Below, in pieces: positions 9,788 through 20,280 of a stretch of DNA of 64,000 nt; position 1 is the first letter of the stretch; every line of letters starts with the position of its first letter. The DNA lies in NCBI GenBank assembly GCA_022599915.1, contig JAHZLH010000026.1, positions 88,201 to 152,200 on the forward strand, written 5' to 3'. This DNA comes from Actinomycetes bacterium. GTDB lineage: Bacteria; Actinomycetota; Actinomycetes; S36-B12; GCA-2699445. A program made the translations under genes and the position numbers. The notes below the pieces were generated by a model. It saw only the letters and a list, made by a program, of their open reading frames with translations. It was not told the origin of the DNA and made no database searches.

Positions 9788-10867
9788 CTAGACGCCCAGC
9801 CGGTCCGCCACCTCAGCCAACTGCTGCTCCGAAGCAGTTAACGACAATCGAACATGCTGGTCACCTCGTGGACCATAAAAGCCACCGGGAGCCACGAGCA
9901 CGCCCAGATCAGCCAACTGCTGCGCCGTGCGTTGGTCAGACTCACCCCGAGTCGCCCAGACGAACAACCCTGCGGTGGAGTGATCGACTCGGAACCCGGC
10001 CCCAGTCAGACCTGCCCGCAAGGTTTCCCGTCGGCTCTCATAACTGCGCTGCAGCGCGAAAACGTGCTCGTCATCAGCCAACGCCGCGGCGGCTGCCTGT
10101 TGGACTGGGCCCGCCGCGATCAGTCCGGCATCTCGCCGCCGTTGCAGTAGCCGAGCCACCACTTGCGGGTCACCAGCAGCGAAACCCACCCGATAGCCAG
10201 CCATATTGCTGCGCTTAGACAGCGAATGGACGACGAGCAGGTTGCGGTAGTCGCCACCGGTTACTTCCGGGGAAAGTACCGACGGCGCCGGTGGTCCCGG
10301 CGGAGTGAGTTCTACGTAGCACTCGTCACTCACCACCAATGCATTATGTTCTCGGGCCCAGTCCACCACGGTCGCGAGTTGCCCAACCTCACTCACCTCA
10401 CCGGTCGGGTTGCCGGGCGAGTTGATCCAGATGAGACGAGGGATAGGCTCACCCGCTGCCGGCGTGCCGAGCACTACCGAACAACCAGCAAAGGCTGCGC
10501 CAGCGGCGTAGGTGGGGTAGGCGAGTTCCGGGATCGAGATGACGTCCTCAGCACCGAGTCCCAGCAACCACGGCAAGGTGGCGATGAACTCTTTGCTGCC
10601 AGCCGTAGTGATGACGTCTTGCGGATCGATCGCTGCGCCCCAACGCCGCTGCGCCCAGTGGGCATAGGCCGCGCGCAGATCAGGCAGCCCGTGAGCCGGT
10701 GGATAGCCCGGCCAGTCGGATGCGGCCGCCAGTGCTTCCCGCACGACGGCAGGTGTTTCATCGACCGGTGCGCCCTGGCCAAGATCGATCACGGCCAGAC
10801 CGCTGGCGTCAGCGCGGCTACGCATCTGACCGACGAGTTCGACCACACTCCATTTCCGCTCAGTCAT
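9788..10867 (-). CDS. dapC: Class I PLP aminotransferase, succinyldiaminopimelate transaminase (DapC)-like
   Basis: PLP-lysine motif SLSKRSNMAGYRVG. Start moved to the ATG at 10867, which overlaps the tyrA stop as ATGACTGA. The track ORF extends to 10954. Confidence 0.75.
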   Translation of the reverse strand: MTERKWSVVELVGQMRSRADASGLAVIDLGQGAPVDETPAVVREALAAASDWPGYPPAHGLPDLRAAYAHWAQRRWGAAIDPQDVITTAGSKEFIATLPWLLGLGAEDVISIPELAYPTYAAGAAFAGCSVVLGTPAAGEPIPRLIWINSPGNPTGEVSEVGQLATVVDWAREHNALVVSDECYVELTPPGPPAPSVLSPEVTGGDYRNLLVVHSLSKRSNMAGYRVGFAAGDPQVVARLLQRRRDAGLIAAGPVQQAAAAALADDEHVFALQRSYESRRETLRAGLTGAGFRVDHSTAGLFVWATRGESDQRTAQQLADLGVLVAPGGFYGPRGDQHVRLSLTASEQQLAEVADRLGV

Positions 10868-11861
10868 GCGGCGGGCTCTCCGGGATACCCATGAGGAGTT
10901 GCCAGGACCCGGGTGAATTACCGGAAATGCGCTCCACCCAGCAGGAAGTGTCACGCAGCCGCAACAAGTCCCGATGCAGACTCACCGGGTCACCCACGAG
11001 CTCTCGCTGTTCATGCAGCTGCCACCGGTCACGGAATGTCAACCGGGAGCTAGTGGCTGGCGACAACCAATCGGCGACAGTAGTTTCCTCGCCCGCCGCC
11101 AGGGCCACCGCGACTTGCTGCAAGGATTCTGCCGCCGCTCGAGCAGCAGCAGCTGCTACCTGACCGTTAGCCACCAAGAACTCCGCCGTGCGATCTGCTG
11201 GTGACGAACTGACTCGACTGGCATCACGGTAGGAGCCGCCCGCCAGTCGCAACGCCAGTTCTTGCTGGGCTGGTGAACCGTGCAGTGCCTGGCCCAGCCC
11301 TCCCGCCAACAGATGCGGTAGGTGCGAAACCAACGCCACCGCCGCATCGTGGTTTCCAGCCGACACTGGCACCGGTCGGCCGCCGAGAACGGTGATCAAC
11401 TCGATCACCGTCAGCAGCGCCGCCGGATCAGTGAGTTCGTGAACGACTACCGGCCAGGCCGCATCAGCAAACATGTCTGCTGATCCGGCAGCAAAACCTG
11501 CCGACTCCGAACCAGACATCGGATGGGTGCCGACAAAGGGGAAATTCGGATCGGCGGCTAACCAGGCCTGCTGGATCGGGTGTTTCACCGAGCCGAGGTC
11601 GACGACTGGGCGGCTGATTCCCGAGGCGATTTCATCCTGGAGCAGTTGCGAGTTGGTCCCGGTGGGGGCCGCGAGCAGGATCGCGTCGCAGTCCGACAAC
11701 TGGGATACCTCGGCAACTACGCTGATCCCGGCTGTCTCAGCGGCCGCCATCGTGTCCGGATCCGGATCGACACCAACGACCTCGACCTGAGGTTGCAGTC
11801 CTCGCGCCACCGACGATCCCACGAGCCCGAGACCGATTATTCCGACGCGACTGACCGTCAT
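10860..11861 (-). CDS. tyrA: Prephenate/arogenate dehydrogenase
   Basis: N-terminal Rossmann motif IIGLGLVGSS and a TyrA-type core. Its ATG overlaps the pheA stop (ATGA). Confidence 0.8.
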   Translation of the reverse strand: MTVSRVGIIGLGLVGSSVARGLQPQVEVVGVDPDPDTMAAAETAGISVVAEVSQLSDCDAILLAAPTGTNSQLLQDEIASGISRPVVDLGSVKHPIQQAWLAADPNFPFVGTHPMSGSESAGFAAGSADMFADAAWPVVVHELTDPAALLTVIELITVLGGRPVPVSAGNHDAAVALVSHLPHLLAGGLGQALHGSPAQQELALRLAGGSYRDASRVSSSPADRTAEFLVANGQVAAAAARAAAESLQQVAVALAAGEETTVADWLSPATSSRLTFRDRWQLHEQRELVGDPVSLHRDLLRLRDTSCWVERISGNSPGSWQLLMGIPESPPHD

Positions 11862-12808
11862 AGCCCCAATTGCTCCGGCCGAAGCAGCGAGTTCAACCAG
11901 TCCGGTAGCCCTTCGGCGCCAACTGATCCCGGCGGCGCCGATTCATCCACGCGATGTGCTTCCGACTGCTGCGAGATGGGGAAGGAACCCAACACTTTGA
12001 CCTCGGCCGGCAGTTCGGCAGTTGCTTGTAACGCAGTCCGGAGCCCGGAATCCGCCAAGTGACCTTGGGCAGTCATCAGGAAACAGTACTCACCGAGCCG
12101 AGTCTTCATCGGGCGCGAGCTGATCGCAGTCAGTCCGATTCCGCGATCGGAAAAACAGTGCAGGATGTCGGCCAGCACGCCGGTTCGATCGCCGATCGGG
12201 GTCACCACAATCGAGGTTTCATCGTGACCGGTTGGCTGCGAGAGCCGCCGCGAGAGTAGCCCCATCCGAGTAGCAACCCCGGAATGGTCCTCTACCGCGG
12301 TGCGCAGCAGTGACAGCGAGCTGAGATGCGCCGAGATCGGTGTCGTCAACGCCACCACTTCGGAAGATTCCGCAGCAGCCACGGCAGCAGCAGCTTCGGC
12401 CACATCACCGACGAGGTCTACGGTCACTGCGGCGCCCTCGAGGAACCGACGGCATTGGGCCAACCCAGTAGCGGTCGTGACGACCCGCCGCGCGTCAGCC
12501 CAACGACTGCCGGCGGCCCCCGCCACGACGTAACTCACCGGGACCACGACAACTTCGTTGAGGAAACATAACGAAGATCGAAAGATCAGTTCGTCGACGG
12601 TGCTTGTGACATCCCCTTCGATGGAAGTTTCCAGCGGGATGACCCCCGCGTCAGCCTCACCCGACTCCACCGAGAAGATGACGTCGACGACAGACGACCG
12701 TGGCTCGGCCCGTCCGCTCCACGGTTGGCTGAGCGATTCGACGGCCGCGTGAGTAAAGGACCCCGACGGGCCCAAAAAGGTGAGCAGCGGCTCACCACGG
12801 TCACTCAC
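11858..12808 (-). CDS. pheA: Prephenate (or arogenate) dehydratase with a C-terminal ACT domain
   Basis: PDT start [18 protein letters not shown]-like region [25 protein letters not shown]. Its GTG overlaps the fdxA stop (GTGA). Confidence 0.85.
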   Translation of the reverse strand: MSDRGEPLLTFLGPSGSFTHAAVESLSQPWSGRAEPRSSVVDVIFSVESGEADAGVIPLETSIEGDVTSTVDELIFRSSLCFLNEVVVVPVSYVVAGAAGSRWADARRVVTTATGLAQCRRFLEGAAVTVDLVGDVAEAAAAVAAAESSEVVALTTPISAHLSSLSLLRTAVEDHSGVATRMGLLSRRLSQPTGHDETSIVVTPIGDRTGVLADILHCFSDRGIGLTAISSRPMKTRLGEYCFLMTAQGHLADSGLRTALQATAELPAEVKVLGSFPISQQSEAHRVDESAPPGSVGAEGLPDWLNSLLRPEQLGL

Positions 12809-13137
12809 TCGTCGTGTTCCTGCGGCGGCAGCGCGACGACCAGCGGAACGTCCTTTTGGAACGGGCCATGCTTGGCAGCGCCACCGAGGTCGGAATCTGG
12901 GATTCCGTTAAAGAACTCGACATTGGCGTCGGTGTAGGCCGCCTGGTCGTCCGGGACGTCGTCCTCGTAGTAGATGGCCTCAACCGGGCACACCGGCTCG
13001 CAGGCCCCGCAGTCGACGCACTCGTCCGGGTGGATGTACAGCATCCGCTCACCCTCGTAGATGCAGTCCACGGGACATTCGTCCACACAGGCCTTGTCTT
13101 TCAGATCAACGCATGACTCGGTGATGACGTAGGTCAC
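12805..13137 (-). CDS. fdxA: 7Fe-type ferredoxin
   Basis: Cys clusters [10 protein letters not shown] and [19 protein letters not shown] upstream. Confidence 0.9.
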   Translation of the reverse strand: MTYVITESCVDLKDKACVDECPVDCIYEGERMLYIHPDECVDCGACEPVCPVEAIYYEDDVPDDQAAYTDANVEFFNGIPDSDLGGAAKHGPFQKDVPLVVALPPQEHDE

Positions 13138-13248
13138 CTGGTCCTCCTAGCAACTCAGCCGGCTTCTCGTCGGCCGGGGAAAGCACGCGTCAGTCTAGTA
13201 TCGTCTGCTTGCGGGCCGCAGCATCAACCCCGCCCCAACGAGACCAAT

Positions 13249-14250
13249 ATGCCGATATTCCCCATGGGCCGTTCCCGGCTCGACGTCTGCCCGGCCGACG
13301 TCGGGCGGCGAGTTTCCATCCGCTACCGATCCGGATTGCGGCCAGAAGCTGAAGTCGTTGGCGTGCTGTTCCGCTGGACGGGCGACCGGAAAACCGGGAT
13401 TTTGCGGGTTCGACTCCGCAACGGAAGTGAGGTCGGGGTCAGGCAGCGCAACATTGTGGCGATGCGCATCATTCCGCCGGAGTCGTCGGCCCTGGCGATG
13501 CTGCGCCTCGCTGAGGCGGGCTGGCCGCCCATGGAGACAATGGACCTAGGCACCTGGGTCTTGCGCGCTAGCCAAGGAGTATCTGCCCGCGCCAACAGTG
13601 TCCGCGTAGGCGGATTACCCGACGACTTGGACAAGCGCCTGGCGCAAACCGTCGACTGGTACCAAGAGCGGAACCTAGCGCCGCTTTTGCAGATTCCCGA
13701 CCCGATACTGCTGCAGCGATATCTTACTGACCGCAATTGGCGACAACAGCACAGCAGCCGGTTGATGATCTGCCCTGCCACACTACTGCGGGAGACTGCG
13801 GTGGCGGGGGCCTACCGATCTGATTTGGACCTCGAGGTAAGACCAGAATTCGACGACGAATGGCTTGAATTCCTCCCGCGCGAAAATACGGACAACCGAC
13901 CGGAATACGAACGAGCACTCGGTACTGAACAACCGCAAGCCTTTGTCTACTGTCGCAACACCGAGGGGGAGTTACTTGGCGTAGGCCACGCCGTTCGGCT
14001 GGATGATTGGTGCGACTACACCACCCTGGCAGTGTCGCCCGATGCGAGACGAGGCGGCGTAGCGACCGCGGTGACCAGCACCCTCGCCGAGTGGGCGATC
14101 GACAACGATGCCCGCAAATGGTTCTTGCAGTTCTACGAAAGCAACGCCGCTGCGCTCAACTTCTACGAGGGGTTGGGTTTCACCACCCACCACCGCTACG
14201 GCTACTGGCTACCCGAGGAGTTCGAGCTCTCGGACACTAATGACGTGTAG
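13249..14250 (+). CDS. GNAT family N-acetyltransferase with an N-terminal extension
   Basis: Acetyl-CoA motif RRGGVATAV in the C-terminal half. Function otherwise unknown. Confidence 0.6.
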   Translation: MPIFPMGRSRLDVCPADVGRRVSIRYRSGLRPEAEVVGVLFRWTGDRKTGILRVRLRNGSEVGVRQRNIVAMRIIPPESSALAMLRLAEAGWPPMETMDLGTWVLRASQGVSARANSVRVGGLPDDLDKRLAQTVDWYQERNLAPLLQIPDPILLQRYLTDRNWRQQHSSRLMICPATLLRETAVAGAYRSDLDLEVRPEFDDEWLEFLPRENTDNRPEYERALGTEQPQAFVYCRNTEGELLGVGHAVRLDDWCDYTTLAVSPDARRGGVATAVTSTLAEWAIDNDARKWFLQFYESNAAALNFYEGLGFTTHHRYGYWLPEEFELSDTNDV

Positions 14251-14714
14251 TTCGAGCGCCAGTAGACCAGCGGCTCAGTACCCGGTCCCAACCGGGCAGC
14301 ATCCACTCGACCGATGACGATGTCGTGGTCACCTGCCTGCGCCTGAGATTCGGTAGTGCATTCCAGCCAGGCCAGCGACTCATCGATGAGGGCGCAACCG
14401 TTTTCTCCGCGATGATGCGGAACGCGGTCAAGTTGGCCAGCCAGTGGGCGACCGCTGGTGGCCAGCCAGCGCGCATGCGGTGTGGCCGCAGCAGCCAAGA
14501 TGGAGACCGACCACCTGTCCACTGCACTAATGGCCTCCCAGAAACGTGAGGTGCGGGAGACACAGCACAACACCAACGGCGGCTCGAGCGATACCGAGAC
14601 CACGGCAGTCGCGGTCATGGCGTGATCCTCTCCCGCCACGCGACACGAGACCACGTTGATTCCCCCCGCTAGCGAGCCCAGCGCATCCCGAAAGGCTAAT
14701 TCTGTGGCGGTCAT
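14202..14714 (-). CDS. Flavin reductase-like FMN-binding protein
   Basis: Typical core GGINVVSCRV...MTATAVVSVSLEPPLVLCCV. Confidence 0.7.
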   Translation of the reverse strand: MTATELAFRDALGSLAGGINVVSCRVAGEDHAMTATAVVSVSLEPPLVLCCVSRTSRFWEAISAVDRWSVSILAAAATPHARWLATSGRPLAGQLDRVPHHRGENGCALIDESLAWLECTTESQAQAGDHDIVIGRVDAARLGPGTEPLVYWRSNYTSLVSESSNSSGSQ

Positions 14715-15187
14715 GAAGGGTTGCCGCCTTGGCCTACGTCAGGCTTGGTAGCCACACTGGGGGTGGCAGCCGGCTTGCGACGCAGTCGGGCGGGAACATT
14801 GACGCACGCGGTACCGATAATTACTCCGCCAAACAGATACACCATCGCGATCGGATCGGACGGGATCGCGACGTCATCGCCAGGCCCCGGTAGCGCCATC
14901 AGCACAGTTGCCAACAGCCAGCCGACGAGCAGGAAGACTCCCGCGCGGCGCAGGCCAAACACGTGAATCACGAGACGAAGTGAAGAAAACAGGGTGGCAA
15001 AGACCAGTACGAGACCCACCGGGATATTGATCCCGACCACCGGCACCGTAATCGCGGAGATGAATGCGCCGAACAGGCCGAGGATGAAGCCGCTGATGAA
15101 AAGAAGCAAGGCGTACGGCCACATCGGGCGGTGCCGGCTCTCGGCGGAGTCGACTACTGCGGCGTCAGCGGATTCCACAGTCATCAC
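14711..15187 (-). CDS. Small polytopic membrane protein (four predicted TM segments)
   Basis: Hydrophobic throughout. Start and stop codons overlap mshB and the flavin reductase by 4 nt each. Confidence 0.55.
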   Translation of the reverse strand: MMTVESADAAVVDSAESRHRPMWPYALLLFISGFILGLFGAFISAITVPVVGINIPVGLVLVFATLFSSLRLVIHVFGLRRAGVFLLVGWLLATVLMALPGPGDDVAIPSDPIAMVYLFGGVIIGTACVNVPARLRRKPAATPSVATKPDVGQGGNPS

Positions 15188-16086
15188 TCCCTCCCAGCGG
15201 CTTCGGGGATGTCGAGACCAGCAAACACATCGGTGAGGAGGTCGTCACCGGTCGGACCGTAGGCAATCCGGAAACTTTCGGTGCCGAACACTGGCACCCC
15301 ATAGTTGTTCGAGAGGGCGAAAAACCCCTTGTCCAGGTTGATCTGACTGGCATGCGCCCGCATGGCGGCCACCTTGGCTGCCAGTTCGTTGGAGACATCG
15401 ACCGCAATATCAAGCGAATCATCTGGCACCGCAAAGGGGATGTCTTCTGGGTCCAACGCTGCAAATGGCGAGTCATCACCCATTTCACGCAGGGCCGCGA
15501 TACCCCGTTGCACCGCACTAACCGACAGCGCCGTCCAGAGAATCCGCGGAATCTGCCAGGCTGCTCCCATGTCGGGCCGGTAGCTGGCAACGCCCGCCAA
15601 CTGGGCGCCATACATGGCAACCCGATGGGCTTGGATGTGATCTGGGTGGCCGTAGCCGCCAAAATCGTCATAGGTGATCAACACATGGGGCTGCACTTCG
15701 CGGACCACCGGCACCAAGGCATCGGCTGCTTCCCGCAGATCAGCCCGCCAGAAACACTCAGGGCGCTCGTTGCTGGGTTCACCCATCATTCCGGAATCAC
15801 GGAATCGACCGGGACCACCCAGGAAGCGGCTGTCGGTCACTCCTAGCGCGGCCATTGAGGCAACGAGTTCCTGCTGTCGGTATGGTCCCAATGCGTCGTC
15901 CCGGTCCGCCGCCAGGTGCTCGATCTCCGGCAGCAGGATTTCCCCTTCCTCGCCCAGAGTGCAAGTGATCAGGGTGACGCCATCTCCAGCAGCCGTGGCC
16001 TTGGCGATAACGCCACCAGAGGTAAGGACTTCGTCATCTGGGTGAGCGTGCACTAACAAGATCCGCCGCTGCGCCCGACTTGTCAT
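15184..16086 (-). CDS. mshB: PIG-L family deacetylase, mycothiol biosynthesis MshB-like
   Basis: Motif LLVHAHPDDEV and a HPDH metal site. 300 aa, typical for MshB. Confidence 0.8.
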   Translation of the reverse strand: MTSRAQRRILLVHAHPDDEVLTSGGVIAKATAAGDGVTLITCTLGEEGEILLPEIEHLAADRDDALGPYRQQELVASMAALGVTDSRFLGGPGRFRDSGMMGEPSNERPECFWRADLREAADALVPVVREVQPHVLITYDDFGGYGHPDHIQAHRVAMYGAQLAGVASYRPDMGAAWQIPRILWTALSVSAVQRGIAALREMGDDSPFAALDPEDIPFAVPDDSLDIAVDVSNELAAKVAAMRAHASQINLDKGFFALSNNYGVPVFGTESFRIAYGPTGDDLLTDVFAGLDIPEAAGRE

Positions 16087-16172
16087 GCCTCGACCATAGC
16101 CGTTACCCCGCTCCTACCCTGTCGCGGCATGTCCACGAAGCGAGAACGCACCGGCGGCATTAGGTTCGATAC

Positions 16173-18260
16173 GTGACCACCGACTCCTTCCCGCGTCGTC
16201 GGGCGGCCACCCGCGGCTTCCGCCTAGGCGCCCCTCGCACTATCGCCATAGCTCCCGACGGACGTTCGTTCCTGTTTCTCCGTTCGGACGGGCCGACCGA
16301 TCCCGTCAACCATCTGTGGCGAGCTCAGTGGCAAGCAGACACCTTGATTGCGGAAAAAATCGTCGACGCCACCGAACTGCTCGCCGGAGGTAACGAGCAA
16401 CTACCTGCGGCTGAGCGAGCTCGTCGGGAGCGGCTGCGGGAAGTCACTGCCGGGATAACCAGCTACTCCGTGGACCTCGCTCATCAACGAGTCTGCTTTG
16501 TGCTCTCCGGAAAGTTGTTCTGCCACGATCGTGATGCTGGCACCACTGCTCAAGTCGGAACCCAATCCGGGCTCGCCAATCCGGTGCTCGATCCCACCGG
16601 GAGACGGGCCGTGGCCACCGCTGACGGCAACCTGTGGCTGCACGAGATCGATACCGAACAAACACAACTCCTGCGGGAGGCGAAATCTGCCACCGAGTCT
16701 TGGGGAAGTGCTGATTTCATCGCGGCGGAGGAGATGGGGCGTTACCGCGGCGCCTGGTGGGCGCCGGACGGCGAGTCGCTGTTGGTCCAACACAGCAACA
16801 ACGCTCCGGTACCGCAGTGGTTTATTGGCGATCCGGCCCACCCCGAACGGGAGCCGGCGGTGCATCGCTATCCGGTGACTGGGAGCCGGAACTGTGAAGT
16901 GCGACTAAAACTCATCACGCTGGCTGGCGCTGAGACTGAGGTCCACTGGGACCGTGACTCCTTCGAATACCTCGCCCGAGTCGTGTGGAACCGACATGGC
17001 CCGCCGATCATCGCCGTGCAGAATCGCGCCCAGACTCAGTTGCAACTTCGCGAGGTCGACATCGCTACCGGGAACACCCGGTTGTTGCTCACCGAATCCG
17101 ACGATCGCTGGGTGGAACTGGTGGCCGGATCACCGGTGGTGACCGAACACGGCATCGCCCACAGTTGGGTTGACGAGGACGCAGATAATCGACGAATCGA
17201 ACTACTCACGAGCAATGGTCCGATCAACTCCGAACCTGGATTGCACGTCACCGGCATCACCGGACAGGATGCCGACGGGATCTACTTCACCGCCCACCCC
17301 GGCGATCCTGCCCGCAGCGATCTGTGGCGGATGGGTTGGGAGGGGAACAGCACCCGGCTGAGCCAGGGTGATGGCTGGGCAACCGGCACTGCGCGTGCTG
17401 GCTGTGTCGTGATTACCCAGGCCCTCGCTGATGAGCCAACGACCCAAACCACCAGCACCCGGGAGGGCGTTACCGCGACGCTGTCGTCGAATGCCGAGGT
17501 CGCTGCTGTTCGACCCCAGCCGCGCTTCCTCGCTGATGACGACTGGAATCGCATTACGGTACTCCTGCCTACCGAGCCCGCCACCGGCTCGCTACCGATC
17601 ATCATGTCGCCGTACGGCGGCCCACACAGCGGCCGCAGCATCAAGGCCGGATCTACCCTGCTCACCGAACAGTGGTTGGCGGATCAGGGGTTCTGCGTAG
17701 TAGTGGCAGATGGACCCGGTTCTCCCAGCACTCCCAGCACTGAGTACGCGATTTACCGAAATCTCGCGTCTGGCCCACTAGCTGGACAAGTCACTGCCCT
17801 CGACCGGGTATGTGCCGAACTGGCGGACATCGTTGATCCCACTCGGGTAGGTATCCGCGGTTGGTCGTTCGGCGGATACTTGGCAGCGTTAGCAGTACTG
17901 GAACGTCCGGACATCTTCCACGCCGCCGTAGCTGGTGCACCGGTGACACAGTGGGAGCTTTACGACACCCACTACACCGAGCGATACCTAGGCAAGCCAG
18001 AACAGAATGCAGTGGCATACGCCGTTTCGGATCTCACCCAGCGGGCTGACCAACTTCGACGTCCCCTCCTACTCGTGCATGGTCTGGCCGACGACAACGT
18101 CGTTGCCGCCCACACACTGCGGCTGTCAACTGCACTACTCGCGGCCGGCAAAGAGCACAGCGTACTGCCGTTGTCTGGAGTCACCCATATGACACCGCAA
18201 GAGGTGATCATGGAGAACTTGCTTATCCGCGAGCTCGAGTTCTTTCGCCAACACCTCTAA
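16173..18260 (+). CDS. S9 family serine peptidase (dipeptidyl aminopeptidase / prolyl oligopeptidase-like)
   Basis: Beta-propeller N-terminal half. Nucleophile elbow GWSFGGY and a C-terminal D...H. Confidence 0.85.
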   Translation: MTTDSFPRRRAATRGFRLGAPRTIAIAPDGRSFLFLRSDGPTDPVNHLWRAQWQADTLIAEKIVDATELLAGGNEQLPAAERARRERLREVTAGITSYSVDLAHQRVCFVLSGKLFCHDRDAGTTAQVGTQSGLANPVLDPTGRRAVATADGNLWLHEIDTEQTQLLREAKSATESWGSADFIAAEEMGRYRGAWWAPDGESLLVQHSNNAPVPQWFIGDPAHPEREPAVHRYPVTGSRNCEVRLKLITLAGAETEVHWDRDSFEYLARVVWNRHGPPIIAVQNRAQTQLQLREVDIATGNTRLLLTESDDRWVELVAGSPVVTEHGIAHSWVDEDADNRRIELLTSNGPINSEPGLHVTGITGQDADGIYFTAHPGDPARSDLWRMGWEGNSTRLSQGDGWATGTARAGCVVITQALADEPTTQTTSTREGVTATLSSNAEVAAVRPQPRFLADDDWNRITVLLPTEPATGSLPIIMSPYGGPHSGRSIKAGSTLLTEQWLADQGFCVVVADGPGSPSTPSTEYAIYRNLASGPLAGQVTALDRVCAELADIVDPTRVGIRGWSFGGYLAALAVLERPDIFHAAVAGAPVTQWELYDTHYTERYLGKPEQNAVAYAVSDLTQRADQLRRPLLLVHGLADDNVVAAHTLRLSTALLAAGKEHSVLPLSGVTHMTPQEVIMENLLIRELEFFRQHL

Positions 18261-18281
18261 CGGCGCTCCGGGTCGCGGGGG

Positions 18282-19289
18282 CTATCGGGCCGGCAGCTCT
18301 GGGAAATGGCAGGCAACCGCATGATCTGATCCCACTGAGCGCAACTCCGGCTCTTGGTCGCTACAGATGTCCTGCGCCTTCCAGCAGCGGGTGCGAAACC
18401 GACAGCCAGACGGCGGGTTGATCGGATCAGGTGGATCGCCAGGCAGTTCGATGCGCTCTCGGCTGGCCTGCACCTCGGGATTTGGAATCGGAGCGGCCGA
18501 GAGCAACGCGACCGTGTAGGGATGGGCCGGTGCGGAATAGACCTGTGCGGCCGCACCAGTCTCCGCGATCCGCCCCAGGTACATCACCGCCACCCGATCA
18601 GCGATTTGCCGAACCACCGCCAGGTCATGGCTCACGAACACGTAGGACAAACCAAACTGCTGCTGCAGATCCAGCAGTAGATTCATCACCTGAGCCTGCA
18701 CCGATACGTCTAAGGCCGAGACTGGCTCGTCAGCGATGATGATCTGCGGTTGTAGGGCCAAGGCTCGCGCCACCCCGATTCGCTGCCGCTGCCCACCGGA
18801 GAATTGGTGGGGGTAGCGGCCTATCATTTCGGCATCCAAGCCAACGCGATCCAATAGTTCCCGAACTGCTTCGCTCTTACTGCGACCAGCTAGGGCTTCT
18901 GGATGAATGTCGAATGGCTCACCAATGATGCTGCCAACATTCATGCGTGGGTTGAGCGAGGTGTACGGGTCCTGTAGCACGATCTGGATGTCGCGCCGCT
19001 TATTACGTAGTTGCTTGGCGCTCAGGTCCGTCAGTTCGTCACCGAGAATCCGAATCGAGCCGGCAGTGGGCTGTTCCAAACCCAATAGCAACTTGCCGAG
19101 GGTCGATTTACCGCAGCCGGATTCCCCCACGAGCGCCACAGTTTCGCCTCGGCGAAGTTGCAGGTCAACGCCGTCTACCGCCCGGACTTCACCCACCTGC
19201 TTCTTGAACAAAATCCCGCGCGAGATCGGGTAGTGCTTGGTGAGATCCCTCACGTCGACGACAACGTCATCGTCATTCGCTGCCACCAT
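18282..19289 (-). CDS. Peptide (Opp/Dpp-type) ABC transporter ATP-binding protein, second ATPase
   Basis: Walker A GESGCGKST, signature FSGGQRQR, and a C-terminal oligopeptide-type extension with Cys residues. Confidence 0.9.
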   Translation of the reverse strand: MVAANDDDVVVDVRDLTKHYPISRGILFKKQVGEVRAVDGVDLQLRRGETVALVGESGCGKSTLGKLLLGLEQPTAGSIRILGDELTDLSAKQLRNKRRDIQIVLQDPYTSLNPRMNVGSIIGEPFDIHPEALAGRSKSEAVRELLDRVGLDAEMIGRYPHQFSGGQRQRIGVARALALQPQIIIADEPVSALDVSVQAQVMNLLLDLQQQFGLSYVFVSHDLAVVRQIADRVAVMYLGRIAETGAAAQVYSAPAHPYTVALLSAAPIPNPEVQASRERIELPGDPPDPINPPSGCRFRTRCWKAQDICSDQEPELRSVGSDHAVACHFPELPAR

Positions 19290-20280
19290 CGGTCATCACC
19301 TCCTCGGTGAACCAACAACGACTGCTGTGCTGCGCTGCCACGTCGATGAGCGGTGGCGGTTCACCGACGCGGCATCGCTCAGCAGCCATAGGGCAACGAG
19401 GGTGGAAGGCGCAGCCACTGGGCGGCGACAATAGGCTCGGTGGCACGCCCGAAATCGCCGGGAGCCGCCCACCGGCAGTATCGATCGTGGGGATGGATTG
19501 CAGCAGGCTTCGAGTGTACGGATTCGCGGTGTGACCATAAATGTCGTCGACCGGTCCAGCCTCCATCATGCGACCGGCGTACATCACCGAAATCCGATCC
19601 GCCACATCGGCGACAACCCCCAGATCGTGAGTAATCAGGATCAGGCCCATTCCGGACTCTTCCTGCAACTCCTGTAGCAGGTCCATGATCTGCGCTTGCA
19701 CGGTGACGTCCAAGGCAGTTGTTGGCTCGTCGGCAATGAGAACTCGAGGTTTAAGCGCGATCATCATGGCGATCATGATCCGCTGACGCATGCCGCCGGA
19801 AAACTGATGTGGATAGCTGTCATAGCGATCCGCCGCTCCAGGAATTCCCACGCGGCGCAGTACCGCCAGCGCCTCTTCTTTGGCCGCTGCCTTGCCGGCG
19901 CCACGATGCACGCGAAACATCTCCGCGATTTGATCGCCGACGTGTAGCACTGGGTTGAGCGCGGACAGCGCGTCTTGGAAGATCATGGCGATCTGTTCGC
20001 CGCGGAGCTCCCGATACTTCTTCTCCGGCAGTCCCACTAGCTCTTGGCCCAGCAACTTCACTGATCCACCCGCGATCTGGGCCGGTGGCGTGTCCAGAAT
20101 CCCCATAATGGCCTGCGCCGTCACCGACTTGCCAGAGCCGGATTCCCCCAGGATCGCGACCGTTTCGCCTTCGGACACCGAAAACGACACTCCGTTGACT
20201 GCTCGAGCCACTCCGAGGCGGGTGGTGAATTCGACCCGCAAGTCCTCGACGCGCAATAATTCGTTAACCAACCCGATCAC
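19273..20280 (-). CDS. Peptide (Opp/Dpp-type) ABC transporter ATP-binding protein, first ATPase
   Basis: Walker A GESGSGKSV, signature FSGGMRQR. Confidence 0.9.
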   Translation of the reverse strand: MIGLVNELLRVEDLRVEFTTRLGVARAVNGVSFSVSEGETVAILGESGSGKSVTAQAIMGILDTPPAQIAGGSVKLLGQELVGLPEKKYRELRGEQIAMIFQDALSALNPVLHVGDQIAEMFRVHRGAGKAAAKEEALAVLRRVGIPGAADRYDSYPHQFSGGMRQRIMIAMMIALKPRVLIADEPTTALDVTVQAQIMDLLQELQEESGMGLILITHDLGVVADVADRISVMYAGRMMEAGPVDDIYGHTANPYTRSLLQSIPTIDTAGGRLPAISGVPPSLLSPPSGCAFHPRCPMAAERCRVGEPPPLIDVAAQHSSRCWFTEEVMTDGGSE

